Shown here piece by piece: positions 18,447 through 28,000 of a DNA stretch of 34,658 bases. Below the pieces are notes generated by a model, which saw nothing but the letters and a program-made list of their open reading frames with translations, was not told the DNA's origin and ran no database searches. The stretch is from Promethearchaeota archaeon (GTDB lineage: Archaea; Asgardarchaeota; Lokiarchaeia; Sigyniarchaeales; SOKP01), in contig JBHLNS010000036.1 of NCBI GenBank assembly GCA_048941285.1, positions 1 through 34,658 on the forward strand, read 5' to 3'. The translations under genes and the position numbers were made by a program. Position 1 is the stretch's first letter, and every line of letters starts with the position of its first letter.

Positions 18447-19100
18447 TTAAAATTTTTCTTTTATACATAACAATTGATTTGCCATTTCAGGATGGTTTCT
18501 AACAAATATTTGAGTTATCTCAGAGATAATATACCATAATAATTTTGGTTTATACCTTGGTGCAGCGTACTCCCCCTTTAAATATTTTAAACCATTCATC
18601 CCTATTACTTTATACCCTCTCTGCTTCATTTCATCAACTGTCCATCCAGAAATATGAATATTCCAGGGATTAACATCATGTTCTCCTTGAGGTGTGTAGC
18701 CATTAGGAGTGAATATTACAATTTTGTTTTTTGAAATTTTCTCCATAGCATTGATTAAATTATTTCCATCTTCTTTTGTTAAATGTTCAATTAAATCTAA
18801 AGCAACTACGCAATCAAATGAATTAGGTTTAAATTTTTCTTCTATTTTCAATACATCCATTTGGCAGTATTCGTTATGTATTTTTTCTTTTTTGCTTTTA
18901 TTAATACTATTTTCATAGAGATCGACACCAATGCAATAAAAGCTTTTTGAGAAATATTTTATAGGAGAATTTGCACCACAACCAAGATCTAGGAGGGAAT
19001 TGCACGGAAGTATAGCTTTTTCCAGTTCCAATCGTAAATTGGGAAAAATTCTAAAATTGGATTTTAAATACAATTCTTTTAAAAAATTTAATCGGTACAT
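18447..19100 (-). CDS. Class I SAM-dependent methyltransferase
   Basis: Motifs LLDLGCG, GVD, SFDCVVALDLIEHL and IFTPN. Confidence 0.88.
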   Translation of the reverse strand: MYRLNFLKELYLKSNFRIFPNLRLELEKAILPCNSLLDLGCGANSPIKYFSKSFYCIGVDLYENSINKSKKEKIHNEYCQMDVLKIEEKFKPNSFDCVVALDLIEHLTKEDGNNLINAMEKISKNKIVIFTPNGYTPQGEHDVNPWNIHISGWTVDEMKQRGYKVIGMNGLKYLKGEYAAPRYKPKLLWYIISEITQIFVRNHPEMANQLLCIKEKF

Positions 19101-19311
19101 TACATTTAAAGAATCTTAACTTTACTTAAATTTTATTTTTTCAAATAATTTTTAAAATCAAATAAGATATATATTTTAGGTAGATTACTATATAATTAAA
19201 TTATAAATGATAATTGTTTAAAAGAAAAATATTTAAACTTTTAATTTATTAAATCTTTAATTTATCTTATATACATAACTTAAAAATATAAAACGTCATG
19301 AGTGAAGCTTT

Positions 19312-19833
19312 ATGTCAAGTTTCAAATTAAAAGTATTATTAACTGGAGCCGCAGCTGTTGGAAAAACAAGTCTTGTTCAACGTTTTATCAAGAATAGATT
19401 CCAAGCAAACTATAAATTGACTGTTGGTGTTGATATATTAACTAAGGATGTGGAATTTAGACCTGGAGAAATCGCTACCTTAAGCATTTGGGATATTGGG
19501 GGTCAGCAGCGTTTTGAATTTATCAGATCAACATTTTATAAAGGGGCAGCAGGAACATTATTAGTGTTTGATTTAACAAGAGAACAGACATACACAGAAA
19601 TTCGTAAGTGGCTTACTGAGATACGCCAATTTGCAGGTGATATTCCATTTGTTTTAATTGGAAACAAAGCAGATTTAATGGAAGATGTTGGGGTCGTCAT
19701 AGATCGAGATGAAGCTCGCTCTTTCGCAGAAAATGAGGGAAGTATCTATATTGAAACTTCTGCTAAAACGGGTATTAATGTTGATGAAGCTTTTACTGAA
19801 CTCACCCGTCGAATTATTGATTCTCGAGTATAA
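19312..19833 (+). CDS. Rab-like small GTPase
   Basis: G1 GAAAVGKTS, G2 TVGVD, G3 WDIGGQ, G4 NKAD, G5 ETSAK. RabF-like motifs FYKGA and LVFDLT. No C-terminal prenylation tail. Confidence 0.93.
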   Translation: MSSFKLKVLLTGAAAVGKTSLVQRFIKNRFQANYKLTVGVDILTKDVEFRPGEIATLSIWDIGGQQRFEFIRSTFYKGAAGTLLVFDLTREQTYTEIRKWLTEIRQFAGDIPFVLIGNKADLMEDVGVVIDRDEARSFAENEGSIYIETSAKTGINVDEAFTELTRRIIDSRV

Positions 19834-19836
19834 TTG

Positions 19837-19883
19837 TACCTTTAAGAGGTAGGCTGAAAGTTCGGCTAAATTTTCAGTTTTTT
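19837..19883 (+). terminator. Putative terminator / structured 3' UTR after the Rab-like gene
   Basis: Two short hairpins (TACCT/AGGTA and GGCTGA/TCGGCT) followed by T tracts. Confidence 0.35.
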
Positions 19884-20165
19884 AAACCTTAAATCGTCTC
19901 TATTTTCCCCCTCTGATTAAAAAATTGATAAAGAGAGATAAAGTTTATCAAAGAAAGTTATCAGAGCAATATATAAGCTCTATCCAAGATTGCTTAAAAA
20001 GGGAATTATTTAAAAAGAATTAGATGCTAATTTTCTTCATAATGATTATAATACTCCCAATTTACAGTAGAGAATTAGGGTTTAGGTCTATTACTAAATC
20101 AACACCAGGTATTGAAGAAACATTAACAGAATCTAAAGACATATCAAGAATTAATTGAATTTAAA

Positions 20166-21590
20166 TCATGCAAATCCTTCGAATTCTTCATAAAGGTCGT
20201 CATGAATAGCATTTATAGCATCTACTAATTCATTTCTTCCAATTACTAATGAGAGATTTAGTTCATTATAACTTTGAGAAATTGCTTTAACTTTTATGTT
20301 CTTTTTCTCTAAAGCGTTAAAAATCTCGGTTTTAGTTTTAGGCTCTAAAATTTTTAGACCGGTTATATTTATCACGGCAACTTTTTCCCATGAAATTTCA
20401 AAAAATTCTGAGAAAAAATCTGAATTCCTTAAAGCATTAATTGCTTTCTCAGTATCTTGTTCTCTTATAATAAAAGAAGTGCTTATTTCAGATGAACTTT
20501 GAGCTACTAGAGAAACACTAATTTGATTTTTACTCATTGCTTTAAATATTTTTGCTAAAATCCCCGGAACATCTACCATACTTCCAGAACTAACAGTTAT
20601 TATTGTTGAAAATTCCACCGCAGAAATGCCTTTAATTTGTTGTTTATCACTAATTTCAGAAATTAGTGTAAAGTTTTTATCTAGTGGTTTATCAAAATTT
20701 CTTATTTCTAATGGTATCTTATATCTTTCAATAGCTTCCAAACATTTTGGATGCAGAATTTTGGCACCAAAATTAGCTATGTGCTTTGCTTCTTCATAAT
20801 CTAAATTCTTTATAAGAGAAGATTTTGGTACAAATTCAGGATTTATAGCTAACAAACCATCAACATCCTTCCATAAAATTACTTTAATATTTTTATCTTC
20901 TCCTACATCATATAAAGATCGTGCTAATATGGCTGCAGTGTAGTCGGAGCCACCTCTCCCAAGTGTCGTTATATAACCTATTTTATTCCTTCCGATAAAA
21001 CCAGTTAAACATATTACTATATTCTTATTAGGATTTTCAAGAATTGGTACTAATAAAGTCTTAATTCGAGCATTTGTCAGATTATACAAAGGATAAGCAT
21101 TATTGAACTCATCATCCGTTATGATTAACTTGTTCGCTGGGATAAATACAGATTCTATGTTATTACTTATAAGATATTGATTTAATATGTAAGTAGATAT
21201 AATTTCTCCAAAACTCATTATGTAATCTTTATAATAAGGTTCTAGACCAAACTCTTTAATATCAGAAAAAGTATCCTCTAATTCACTTAGTTTATTATCA
21301 ATCCAATCTCTTGCTTTAATAAAATTCTCAGAATCTTCATCAAAGATTTCTTCAATTATATTAATATGCTTTTTCTCAATTAAAGCTACATTTTTATCAG
21401 TTTCTCCTATATCTTCTAAGGAATTAACTGTTTTTAAGAGTAAATCTGTAATTCCATTCAGGGCAGATGCAACGTATACTTTCTTTACATTTTTATAAAT
21501 TTGTGTAATATTGAGAATTTTCTTGAAAGCTATTTTATCTTTTAAACAAGAACCTCCGAATTTCATTACAAAAATAGGCAATTTATTCAC
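20166..21590 (-). CDS. lysC: Aspartate kinase with C-terminal ACT domains
   Basis: KFGGS, SALNGITDLL, TTLGRGGSDYTA, DVDG and FGAKILHP, plus ACT-like repeats. GTG start. Confidence 0.93.
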   Translation of the reverse strand: MNKLPIFVMKFGGSCLKDKIAFKKILNITQIYKNVKKVYVASALNGITDLLLKTVNSLEDIGETDKNVALIEKKHINIIEEIFDEDSENFIKARDWIDNKLSELEDTFSDIKEFGLEPYYKDYIMSFGEIISTYILNQYLISNNIESVFIPANKLIITDDEFNNAYPLYNLTNARIKTLLVPILENPNKNIVICLTGFIGRNKIGYITTLGRGGSDYTAAILARSLYDVGEDKNIKVILWKDVDGLLAINPEFVPKSSLIKNLDYEEAKHIANFGAKILHPKCLEAIERYKIPLEIRNFDKPLDKNFTLISEISDKQQIKGISAVEFSTIITVSSGSMVDVPGILAKIFKAMSKNQISVSLVAQSSSEISTSFIIREQDTEKAINALRNSDFFSEFFEISWEKVAVINITGLKILEPKTKTEIFNALEKKNIKVKAISQSYNELNLSLVIGRNELVDAINAIHDDLYEEFEGFA

Positions 21591-21709
21591 AAATTTCTTT
21601 TAAAATATTTGTTCTTCTAAATATTAAATATTAATTATATTTAATCAGATAAATCTTATTCATATCATTTTGTTAAATAAAACTAAAATCCAACTATAAA
21701 TTTATAATT

Positions 21710-22585
21710 ATGATGATTGATCTTCATTTGCATTCTACAGCATCAGATGGTTCAGATACACCTTCTCAGTTAATAGATCAAGCTATTGATCTAAAATTAA
21801 AAGCCATTGCTATAACTGACCATGATACAATTACTGGTGTAGAAGAATTTTTATCTAGGGGCGAATTGAAAGAAATCATTGTAATCCCGGGAATTGAGAT
21901 TTCGATTAGACATGAACCAAAAAGAGAATTAATAGATATTCACATTATTGGTCTAAATATTGACTATACCTCACCAAGGCTGATTAATACGATTAATTAT
22001 CAAATTGATGGTAGATTAGAACAGAAAAAAGCTATTTGTAAACGTTTAAGTAATGAATTTGGATATAAGATCTCATTTAAAGAAGTAAAATCTATAGCAG
22101 GTAGTAAAGTTGTTGGTCGGCCTCATATTGTTGAAATTATGATAAAAAATAACCCTAAACTAGTTGAAGGAAAATCTAAAGATGAATTATTCAAAATGAT
22201 TAGCATTGGTGGCTCTGCATTTGTAGATAGAGAAGTAGAGTTAAATCTTGAGGAATCTATTGAATTAATTCATGCCGTTGGGGGGATCCCTATTTTAGCG
22301 CATCCCGGAATTTATAATATTTCTAATCATAAAAAATTTATAGAACTTTGTATTAAGGCTGGAATTAAGGGCATTGAAGTAGAATATACTTATGGTAAAA
22401 ATAGACCTTTTGATGGAACAGATAAATCCAAATGGGCTCAAAGTTTTTATCCTGATTACTTTCGAAGAATTGCTGAAAAAAATAATCTTATCAAATCAGG
22501 TGGATCAGATTACCATGGAAGAAAAAAAAATATTATAATGGGAGAAGCTAATGTCCCTAATAAGTATTTGAGAAGCTTTATATAA
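21710..22585 (+). CDS. PHP-domain phosphoesterase (TrpH/YciV-like)
   Basis: Motifs DLHLHSTASDG, ITDHDT, GIEIS, GRPH, LAHP and GGSDYHG. Confidence 0.92.
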   Translation: MMIDLHLHSTASDGSDTPSQLIDQAIDLKLKAIAITDHDTITGVEEFLSRGELKEIIVIPGIEISIRHEPKRELIDIHIIGLNIDYTSPRLINTINYQIDGRLEQKKAICKRLSNEFGYKISFKEVKSIAGSKVVGRPHIVEIMIKNNPKLVEGKSKDELFKMISIGGSAFVDREVELNLEESIELIHAVGGIPILAHPGIYNISNHKKFIELCIKAGIKGIEVEYTYGKNRPFDGTDKSKWAQSFYPDYFRRIAEKNNLIKSGGSDYHGRKKNIIMGEANVPNKYLRSFI

Positions 22586-22656
22586 CTCTGAGTTATTTTC
22601 AATTTATAGATCTAGTTTTGATAAAAATATTTTTATTATAAAAAATTCAAATCAGC

Positions 22657-24552
22657 CTATTGTTGTAGATTTTTTAATAATTGTTCTAATTCTAATATTT
22701 TTTCATCGATTCTTTCATTATATTTATTAATTTCTTTCTTTTTTTCTTCAAGTTTATCTTTAGTAATTTGATTTTCTAATTCTTGCTTCTCCAGATCTGC
22801 ATCCATCTTAAATAAATTAGCTTTTCTTATTTTTAATTCTATTAATTCTCTTTTAATTTTTTCTACTTCTGTATTTTTGATAGTAGAAGGAGTTTGAGTA
22901 TTTACAAAATCATGAATCTCTCTCACCGGAATCGTATGATCTACAGCTTCTGCGTGTTCTATTCGGGTAGTAGATGTTGGAGATGATAGACTTTCTTCAA
23001 ATCCCACAAAATCTTTGATTTTTTTATTTAGAGTTTGACTTGGAGGAGTTTTTAAATTTATATTATTTATATTTTTAACATGACCATAAGCAGTTGTTTT
23101 CATTTTGTCTTTGGCATCTTTTGGGACAACCCCAATAGTCTTTGGTCTAATTTTCACCATAAAATCTTCAGGATTTAATTTTAAGACTTCTTTTTTAACT
23201 TCAACTTGAGATTCTAAAACTTTATCTTGATCATCTAATTTTTTACTTGGCTGAATCGACTGTTTAGATTCAACTGGTTCTGTCCTCTCTTTTAATTTCA
23301 AATTATCATCCACGACTTTTTTTTGCGAGATTTCTGATTGAGATCTTTCAGATGATAACGGCTGAGCAACTTCCATAGCTTTAATTGAAATTTTCGGTTT
23401 CATTTTAATTTCTTTTTCGATTGGTTCAATTACTTCAGAAGGTTTAGCTTCTTGAACACCAATTGTTTCTTTAGAAATTTCTGAATCTTGCTGAATTTGT
23501 TGAGGAATATCTGTTGCTTTTAACATCTCTATAATTTTCTGCGATTTTTCGAAGAATTCTTTTCCAAGAGAATCATCTCCTAATTCAATGCATAGGTAAC
23601 TAATTTTATCAAATAATAATGCTGCTTTTTCAAAATCAGCTGATTTTAATGCGATTGTAGCTTCTTCTATCAGTTTATCTCTTTCTAATAAAGGTTTTAA
23701 TAAAGGGGAAACCTCAGCACTCATTTCTAATATATCTGCAATGATTTTAATCATTTTATCTCGATTGCTAGGATCATTCGCTATCATTGAATATGCCTTT
23801 AAACCTAAAAAGTTTTCAATTTGTACTGGAGATAAAGCTCCTTTCAAATCTTGTTTATTCCCTATTATTGCTGTGTGAGCATGAGGTGCTTGTTCTTTTA
23901 TTAATTCTAAGAAAAACTTACTCTTATCAACATTTTCTAAAGTAGAATCTGTGACTAAAATAACTGCATCGCTGCCTTTAATGAAGTTATTCCAGAGATA
24001 ACTGAATTGTTCTTGTCCCGCAAAATCCCATAAATGAAAATGCAACTTTCCTATTTTCACGGTTGCAATATCACCTGTAATTGTAGGAATATGTTGTACT
24101 GGGATCTCTTCTGCTCTTATTAATTTTGTTATTGTTGTTTTACCAACTCCAGAAAATCCAACTAGTGAGATTTTTGGCCGAAGATTTTTATGGATTGAAT
24201 CTACAAATGGATCAAAAACCTCAAAAGTTTTTTTGTCATATCTATCATCTAGAATTTCTTCAAACAAATTAATAAAATCAGTTCTACATCTCAATAATTC
24301 CTTTTTTATATTTTCAAATTTATCTGTTAAGCCAGAAAGAAATAATATTATTAAATTCAAATCTTTTTTTGTTATATACGAGACCTTGAACTTATAATAA
24401 TCATAAGATTCAACTCTATCTTCCCTTCTGGTATCTTCATCTTTTATAATCTCTGAAACAAGATAATTTAAGACTTCTTGTTTAAGAGCTTTACCAAAAT
24501 GTCTATAATATAAGAGTTCATTCTCTTTATATATTAAAATTTGCCTTAGTAT
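22657..24552 (-). CDS. Longin-like domain + Arf-like small GTPase + helical (MIT/TPR-like) unit + low-complexity linker + C-terminal coiled coil (631 aa if started at ATA 24552)
   Basis: GFSGVGKT, HIPTI, LWDFAGQEQF, W-x-x-F, DST and GNKQD. The frame stays open 64 codons upstream of the track's TTG (24360): ILRQILIYKENELLYYRHFGK...YKFKVSYITKKDLNLIILFL. GGTGA lies 6 nt before the ATA. Confidence 0.85.
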   Translation of the reverse strand: MLRQILIYKENELLYYRHFGKALKQEVLNYLVSEIIKDEDTRREDRVESYDYYKFKVSYITKKDLNLIILFLSGLTDKFENIKKELLRCRTDFINLFEEILDDRYDKKTFEVFDPFVDSIHKNLRPKISLVGFSGVGKTTITKLIRAEEIPVQHIPTITGDIATVKIGKLHFHLWDFAGQEQFSYLWNNFIKGSDAVILVTDSTLENVDKSKFFLELIKEQAPHAHTAIIGNKQDLKGALSPVQIENFLGLKAYSMIANDPSNRDKMIKIIADILEMSAEVSPLLKPLLERDKLIEEATIALKSADFEKAALLFDKISYLCIELGDDSLGKEFFEKSQKIIEMLKATDIPQQIQQDSEISKETIGVQEAKPSEVIEPIEKEIKMKPKISIKAMEVAQPLSSERSQSEISQKKVVDDNLKLKERTEPVESKQSIQPSKKLDDQDKVLESQVEVKKEVLKLNPEDFMVKIRPKTIGVVPKDAKDKMKTTAYGHVKNINNINLKTPPSQTLNKKIKDFVGFEESLSSPTSTTRIEHAEAVDHTIPVREIHDFVNTQTPSTIKNTEVEKIKRELIELKIRKANLFKMDADLEKQELENQITKDKLEEKKKEINKYNERIDEKILELEQLLKNLQQ

Positions 24553-24558
24553 GTTGTT

Positions 24559-24563
24559 TCACC
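24559..24563 (-). promoter_or_regulatory. Archaeal Shine-Dalgarno-like GGTGA upstream of the ATA codon
   Basis: Minus strand reads GGTGA-AACAAC-ATA-CTA-AGG. Confidence 0.5.
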
Positions 24564-25016
24564 GATGAGGTATGATATATTTATTAAAAATTACCATTAA
24601 AACTAATATATATTCAATTACAATATTCAAATTAACATAAATTACCATATGATTTTGATTTTTCTTTTTTAACAAAACAACCTATAACTAATATCCTTTT
24701 ATTCAATCTTTTAAATTTTTTTTATTAAAAATATTATTAAGATAGTATGAAAAATTTGCACATATATATTGTTCAATTAATGTAAATCTAGTTATTTATT
24801 TCTTTTTGCCATTAAAATAAATTTATATCGATATTAATACTAATATAATGCGAATTAAAGTGGTTCTACTATCATTTCAAGGCTTAAAAATTCAGAAAAA
24901 GTAAATTTTTTCATCACTTTAGGAGTTTTTAGATAATATCTTTTAAGAATTATTTAGATGAAAAGTTTTTTGTAAAAAAATAAGTAAGATTAACTCGTAT
25001 TTGGAAACAAAATGAT

Positions 25017-25026
25017 AAAAAAAAAA
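25017..25026 (-). terminator. Oligo-T terminator candidate downstream of the 2661 aa gene
   Basis: T10 run on the coding strand about 25 nt after the stop codon. Confidence 0.4.
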
Positions 25027-25051
25027 TAAAAAGATTTGATGAGATTTAGTA

Positions 25052-28000
25052 TTATTTTTCATCTGATTTTAAATTATAATAAACATCTTCAAGGATTTCA
25101 AGATATTCCATCAGGACTTTATTTGTCAATGATTTTTGCTCATATGAGGTCTTGATGACTTGTAAAAGATATTTTGGAAATATCAAATCTATATAAAAGT
25201 CAGATAATAACGCGTAATATTCATTATTCATTTCGTCTTGGAAAACAGCAATCAATTTATTTTCCCATAAAGCTTTTATAACTCCATACGGATCAGCAAC
25301 GCCTTTTACTTTTAGCTTTTCCAATTCTTGTCTTGAAACAATCGCACTTCTTAATAACCTTAGTGTTAAATGAACCTGAGGATTACTTAAAAGTGTAACA
25401 ATTTTTAAATTATCCTCATTAGATGGGATATAACTCTGAAAAAATTTCTTCACTATGTCTATATACTCTTTTTTAAATTGTGTTGGAAGTCCACGATTAA
25501 TAGGGTCTTCAATTATTTCTATAGGAGGAACCCTCAACATATAAACATCATTAATTAAAACAATTAATTCTGAGAGTAATCCTTTTACAGAAACTTGTTT
25601 TATGATCCCTTTCTTTAACAAATCGGATATGGTTGCTTCTAAATCAATAAACTTTTCGATATACTTATCTTTAAACCATATAACTAGTTCTGCTTTACTT
25701 ATCACACCTGCTTCTCTTAAATTATCTATAATCATTCTTTTTGCTTCATCTTGATATGTAAGTGCTAATATTTCTTCATCACTAAAAGATGGATATAATG
25801 ACAGGCGCTGGAAATAAGATGGCATAAGCATTTTAAATGAATCATCTTCAACATTTTCTATGAGACCCCGTAAAACATCAGCCATTCCTCCTTCATAAAG
25901 ATCTGGATCGTCTTCTAAATCTAAAATTAAAAGAAGATAATAACCTTGTTCAGGTCCAGTGTAATAAGAAATAATATTCAGAGGACCAACACTCAGAGTT
26001 ATTGTCCCTTTTTCTCCACTATATTCATGTGTACTATATATTTGCATACAAGTTTTTTCTGAAATTATAGTTTCTTCCGGATATTTCGCTAAAATCTCTG
26101 TTCCAACTCTCTCATTCCATTTCATCAATACTAATCCAACTGGTGTTAATTCATGAACTTTCGCAATATCACTAGATCTTTTGTGTAATTTTTCACTCTT
26201 CTTAATTTTCTCTACCTTAACATTTAGTATTTCTGCTAAAGAAAGATCAAGGTTATTCCATCTATGATTCACTCTCTCCACGATAAAGGCTTCTTTATTG
26301 CGGTATAATAAAGATTCGTCTACATCTTTGCCTTTTTTAATGCTTTTTTTCATTTCCCTTACTTTTCTTACGAAAGCAGGTATTTTAGCATAATGGTATA
26401 CTCTATATCCTACAATACTCCCAACTATAGCAAGTGCCGCAGATAAGATCAGTAAGAAATAAAATGTTGGAACTCCTGGAAAAATTTGTTCCATTTCAAC
26501 AACAATAATAATATCAAATTCTTGAGAAATATAATATAATTTTGTAATGTTAATGGTCCCTGTGAGTGTGTTTGATGTAAAAAAGGCATTTATATTATAT
26601 GTTGGAAAATTGCATATGTATGTACCATTTCCAATATGAGTAAAATTATAGAGATTTCCCTTTATTGTTAAAGTTATTGTAGCATCAAGCAACCAACTAT
26701 CACCTTTCGTAGGATCAGTTAGAATTATTTGTATTGGAACGGGATTGCCTTTTACTACACTCGTTTTCCTATTTTGAAAATTATGGCTTAAAATAGGTTC
26801 TCCAATCTCTCTTTTTTTAATGGTTAAAATAATCATCGCATTCTTACGGTCATAATTATCTTTTTCTAAAGCAATAATCAAGAAATATTCACCCAAAGCT
26901 CTTGATTCTGTGTTAAAATCTAAGATATAAGTGTTATCTCTAGCAGAAATTATATCTCCATAACCATTTTCAATTACGTTCCCTAGACGATCATAACGTT
27001 CCCACACATAATATTGAGTCTTTAAGTTGACAATTTTAGTCCCTCTGAGTGCATCAGTAAAGACTAAAGTGAAATTAACAGCATCCTGCACATAAACACT
27101 TTCAATCTTTCTGAAAAATTCTGAGGACTGATTTAGCAGTGTTAGGCGATTTAGAACGATTAAATCAAGATCTTTAGTGGTAATCTTATAATGCTCTTTA
27201 TCTATAGTGAATCTTACAGTATACTCATCAGCGTCAAGTAAAGAAGTATCGATTGTCTTTAGGTAATATTTTAAATCTGAATCATATTGAACTGGGCCAT
27301 AAATGGAAGGAGCTTCAACAATAGTATAAGTTAAAGAACCGATTATTTCATAAGATACTGTTCGTGAATATTGAATTGAAAGTAAAAGAATAAAATCGAC
27401 TGATAAGGAGGTTTCAATGACCGCATGTAAGAGTTGTGCTTTAGAGAATCCTGTAAGGGAAAATGTTCCCGTTCCTGAAGAATAATCCGAAATACTATAC
27501 TTTTGCCCTCCAATAGTAATGTTCATTGCTACTTCTGAAGGAAAGAAATAGTTTGATCCACTTTTTATGCTTTTAACCCATAATATAGATTCATCTTCCT
27601 TCCAACTACTCTCAGTTGCACTTATTTGAAGTGAACCTCCATTTGTAATCCCTCTTTCTGTTCTTGTGCAATTTAATGTTTCCAAAAATTGGTTCTTATA
27701 AAATCCTTGAATATATTCCACTTTGATAATAGCATTAAATATGATATTTGGATCACTCTCAACAGTAAATAAGAATTGATTGCCTATAGGATAGATAGTC
27801 CTGTCGTCTATACTTAAAGAGCCGGTTCCATCCGGATAGCCATAATCTAATAAATATGTGAAGCCTTCGTTTGTAGTAATGGAAATATTTGTTAAACTTG
27901 ACAAATCTACGATACTCCAATCAGAGCTATCATAACATTCAGAAATCTCAAAAGTTATATTACTGATTATCCATCCTTCCACTTCGGATAGAAGGGAAAT

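Noticed and set aside
19837-19883. SECIS-like or riboswitch element after the Rab-like gene
   Set aside because: No in-frame TGA in the gene and no SECIS core; more simply a terminator.
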